From NCBI GenBank assembly GCA_965112735.1, contig OZ218952.1:5580001-5644000 (forward strand): a DNA stretch of 64,000 nucleotides. The letters run 5' to 3'. This document shows positions 61,774 through 64,000 of the stretch, piece after piece. Origin of the DNA: Phaeosaccion multiseriatum. Taxonomy: Eukaryota > Protista > Ochrophyta, other classes. A program made the translations under genes and the position numbers. Numbering within the stretch: the first letter of the stretch is position 1; each line of letters opens with the position of its first letter. Under the pieces are notes generated by a model. The model did not search any database. It was not told the origin of the DNA and saw only the letters and a program-made list of their open reading frames with translations.

Positions 61774-63057
61774 ATGATGATGTCGGCTGCTGCTGCTTCG
61801 CCTGCTGTTGCTTCTCCTGCTGGCCCTCCTCCTCCTCCTACTACTACTACTACTTCTACTACTTCTACTACTGTAGCTGGCTCCGAGGTTGATACAGTCA
61901 AGGCAGGAAGCGGGGAAGGTTATGAGGGACCATACGAGGAGGGATTTGTGAGGGATACCGCGCGCTTTGCAGCCAAGCTGACACCAGAGGTAAGACAGTA
62001 AGGCAGAGAAGGGGTCTTCGCATAGAGGAGCTCCACCTCCAACCTACCAAGTGTCTCATTGCCACTGTGCTCAGGCTCTCAAGGGCTTACAAGATGACGG
62101 GTATGCGATCATCGACGACTTTCTGGGCCGCGGATGGGCGTCTGCTCTGCGCCAAGAGATTGCCTGGCTGCACTCCAAAGGCAAGTACCTCTTTCCTCCT
62201 GAGGATAGAGACAATCGATATCCAGCGAAATGTGGAGCTGAGGCATTTGGAGAGTAATTAGCCTAGGCCTGCGCTGTTTCTGTCTCAGTCGCTGCTTACT
62301 CATGCTCTGCTTCCACCCACCCACCTACCGCCCCTCTGCCCTGCTCAGGGCTGATGCAGGCCAATCGCACTCGCTTCGCGCACCCCGACGGGCGAGTGTT
62401 TGCCTTCGTCAAACCGGGCATCAGTGAGGTGGATCTGCACGACGCCAAGGTATGCTTCGTGTCATCATATCAACACGATGTTGGGATATCATTTCGCACA
62501 TGTTATATCGATTTACCAATCAGTTCGACTGGCGCGTACCCTCGCCCCTTCCCTCCTTCCCCTCCATCTCCTCTTTCTCTCCACACACACACACGCACAC
62601 ACAAGATTCGCAGCCTCGTGCCTGAATTGGAGGCCCTCTTCTTCGAGGACGGTCTCGTGAGCGCCTTTGAGCAGGCCCTCCCTGGCACGGGGCCCGTGGG
62701 TACTAGGGAGGGGGGAATGTGCCTCAGGCACGGCCCCAATGGGAAAACCCTCAAGCTCCAGCGAAATAGTGGGGAGGGGGGATGTTTTCCCCTACACTAT
62801 GACAACCCTGGACTGCCCAACAAGCGGCGGTTGAGCTGCTTGCTCTATCTGAACCCGGACTGGCAAGAAGGGGACGGGGGAGAGATGTGCTTCACGCCCT
62901 TCCTGGGTGCTGAGGTTACCATCCCACCGCTGATGGACAGGTGAGGGAGGGCTGACGGAGCGACGCTCAGTGCTCCTCGAGGTGGATGGGCCTACCTACA
63001 GAAAGAAGAAGGGTGACAGTTCTCGGGAACACACATTCACATACACATACACGAACT

Positions 63058-63102
<45 letters not shown>

Positions 63103-64000
63103 GCCTCGGAGGTAGGCAACTCAGACAGCCCTTCCCCCTCCCATTCCCTCCTCAGGCTTGTCGTGTTCCTGAGCGACCGTGTGCTCCATCGAGTCATGCC
63201 TGCCTTGGCGGAGCGCTACTGCCTGACTGTGTGGCTGGATGCAGGGGAGGAAGAGGGGGGCGGGCTCACTGTCAACAGGCCCGAGGATCTCATGCTCAAG
63301 CTTACTAAGCAGCAGCTCGAGGACTGGTGAGTTGGGTTGCGCTGTTCCACACAACAGGGAGAGAGAGAGAGAGGGAGGGAGGGAGGGAGGGCGAGCGGGG
63401 AGATGACGCCCGCGTGATGAAAGGATGATTGAGGATCGAAGAAGAAGCAGAGATAAAAGGAGTCTTAGCACACCCCTAAGGATGTAAACCCCATGCCTGC
63501 GCCCCCCCCCCCTTCCCTCTCTCTCTCTGTATGTGTGTGTGTGGCTTTCAAGGCCCGCTCTGTGCGAGCACCTCGGCAAGTCTCCTGTGCAGAGGCTTCT
63601 ATCAAGGGGTGAGAAGTGAAGCGAGGGAGTAGGGGAGGCCAGGAGTGGAAGCATGTCCCTCCCTTCTCTCTCTTGTCTCTCCTCCTCCTCTCTCTCTCTC
63701 TGCCGCGCTTCTAATGCCGAGCCGATTGGATCCAACAACAGCGTTCTCTCCTTCTCAAACTTCTATCGGCCCTCTCTGCCTTTTCTTTAACCTCTGCGCT
63801 CTCTCTTGTCTTCCCTCTGCCCCTTCTACCTTGTCTACCTTCCCTCTGTCCTCTCTCCCCTCCCTCTCTCTACCCTCCCTACCTCCTCTCCTCCCTCATT
63901 CTGCCTTCTCTCTGCCCTTTCTACCCCTCCTCTCTACCCCTATACCCCACCCCCCTCTTTCTGCCTACCCCCCATGGCAGGCGTGTACTCTGAGGAGTAC
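61774..64000 (+). CDS. 2OG-Fe(II) oxygenase, prolyl-4-hydroxylase/EGLN-like fold; 3' end beyond window
   Basis: LQDDGYAIIDDFLG; CFPLHYDN (HxD); RRLSCLLYLNPDWQEGDGGE; PLMDR|LVVFLSDRVLHRV (distal H); RYCLTVW (2OG-binding R). One GC-AG intron at 62181-62348. Confidence 0.92.

Overview
Intron-rich, GC-rich eukaryotic DNA with microsatellite-laden introns. It is probably a flagellated stramenopile or ochrophyte (inferred from the TRRAP sequence style, a FAM227 gene, and PTAAPT and RRRNL motifs) and is not a seed plant. The right ~52 kb is housekeeping-like: a ~60-exon TRRAP/Tra1 gene (12118-45907, +), a FAM227/FWWh-domain gene (46508-54620, +), a large RS/RG/RE-rich disordered-protein gene (~54796-61244, -) and a 2OG-Fe(II) oxygenase (61774 to window end, +). 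The left ~12 kb is an accessory island. Two paralogous intronless ORFs (1350-2018 and 11157-11855, -) encode a short hydrophobic N-terminus followed by what reads as a stand-alone EDS1/PAD4/SAG101 EP domain (RRELAAFW...W...YRTLVEPLDCANYHR...RPFRY). That plant-immunity domain is generally considered seed-plant specific and lipase-fused. The two ORFs bracket an intron-containing gene for a membrane-anchored protein with ~39 bacterial-type RTX repeats, and a decayed CDC15/MAP3K-epsilon-like kinase. Two short dispersed motifs recur throughout: CAGTTGGTGATACAG in exons and introns, and GGATGGCAGTGGATGG with splice-site-polarised orientation. All family assignments come from motif recognition and recall, not from database searches.
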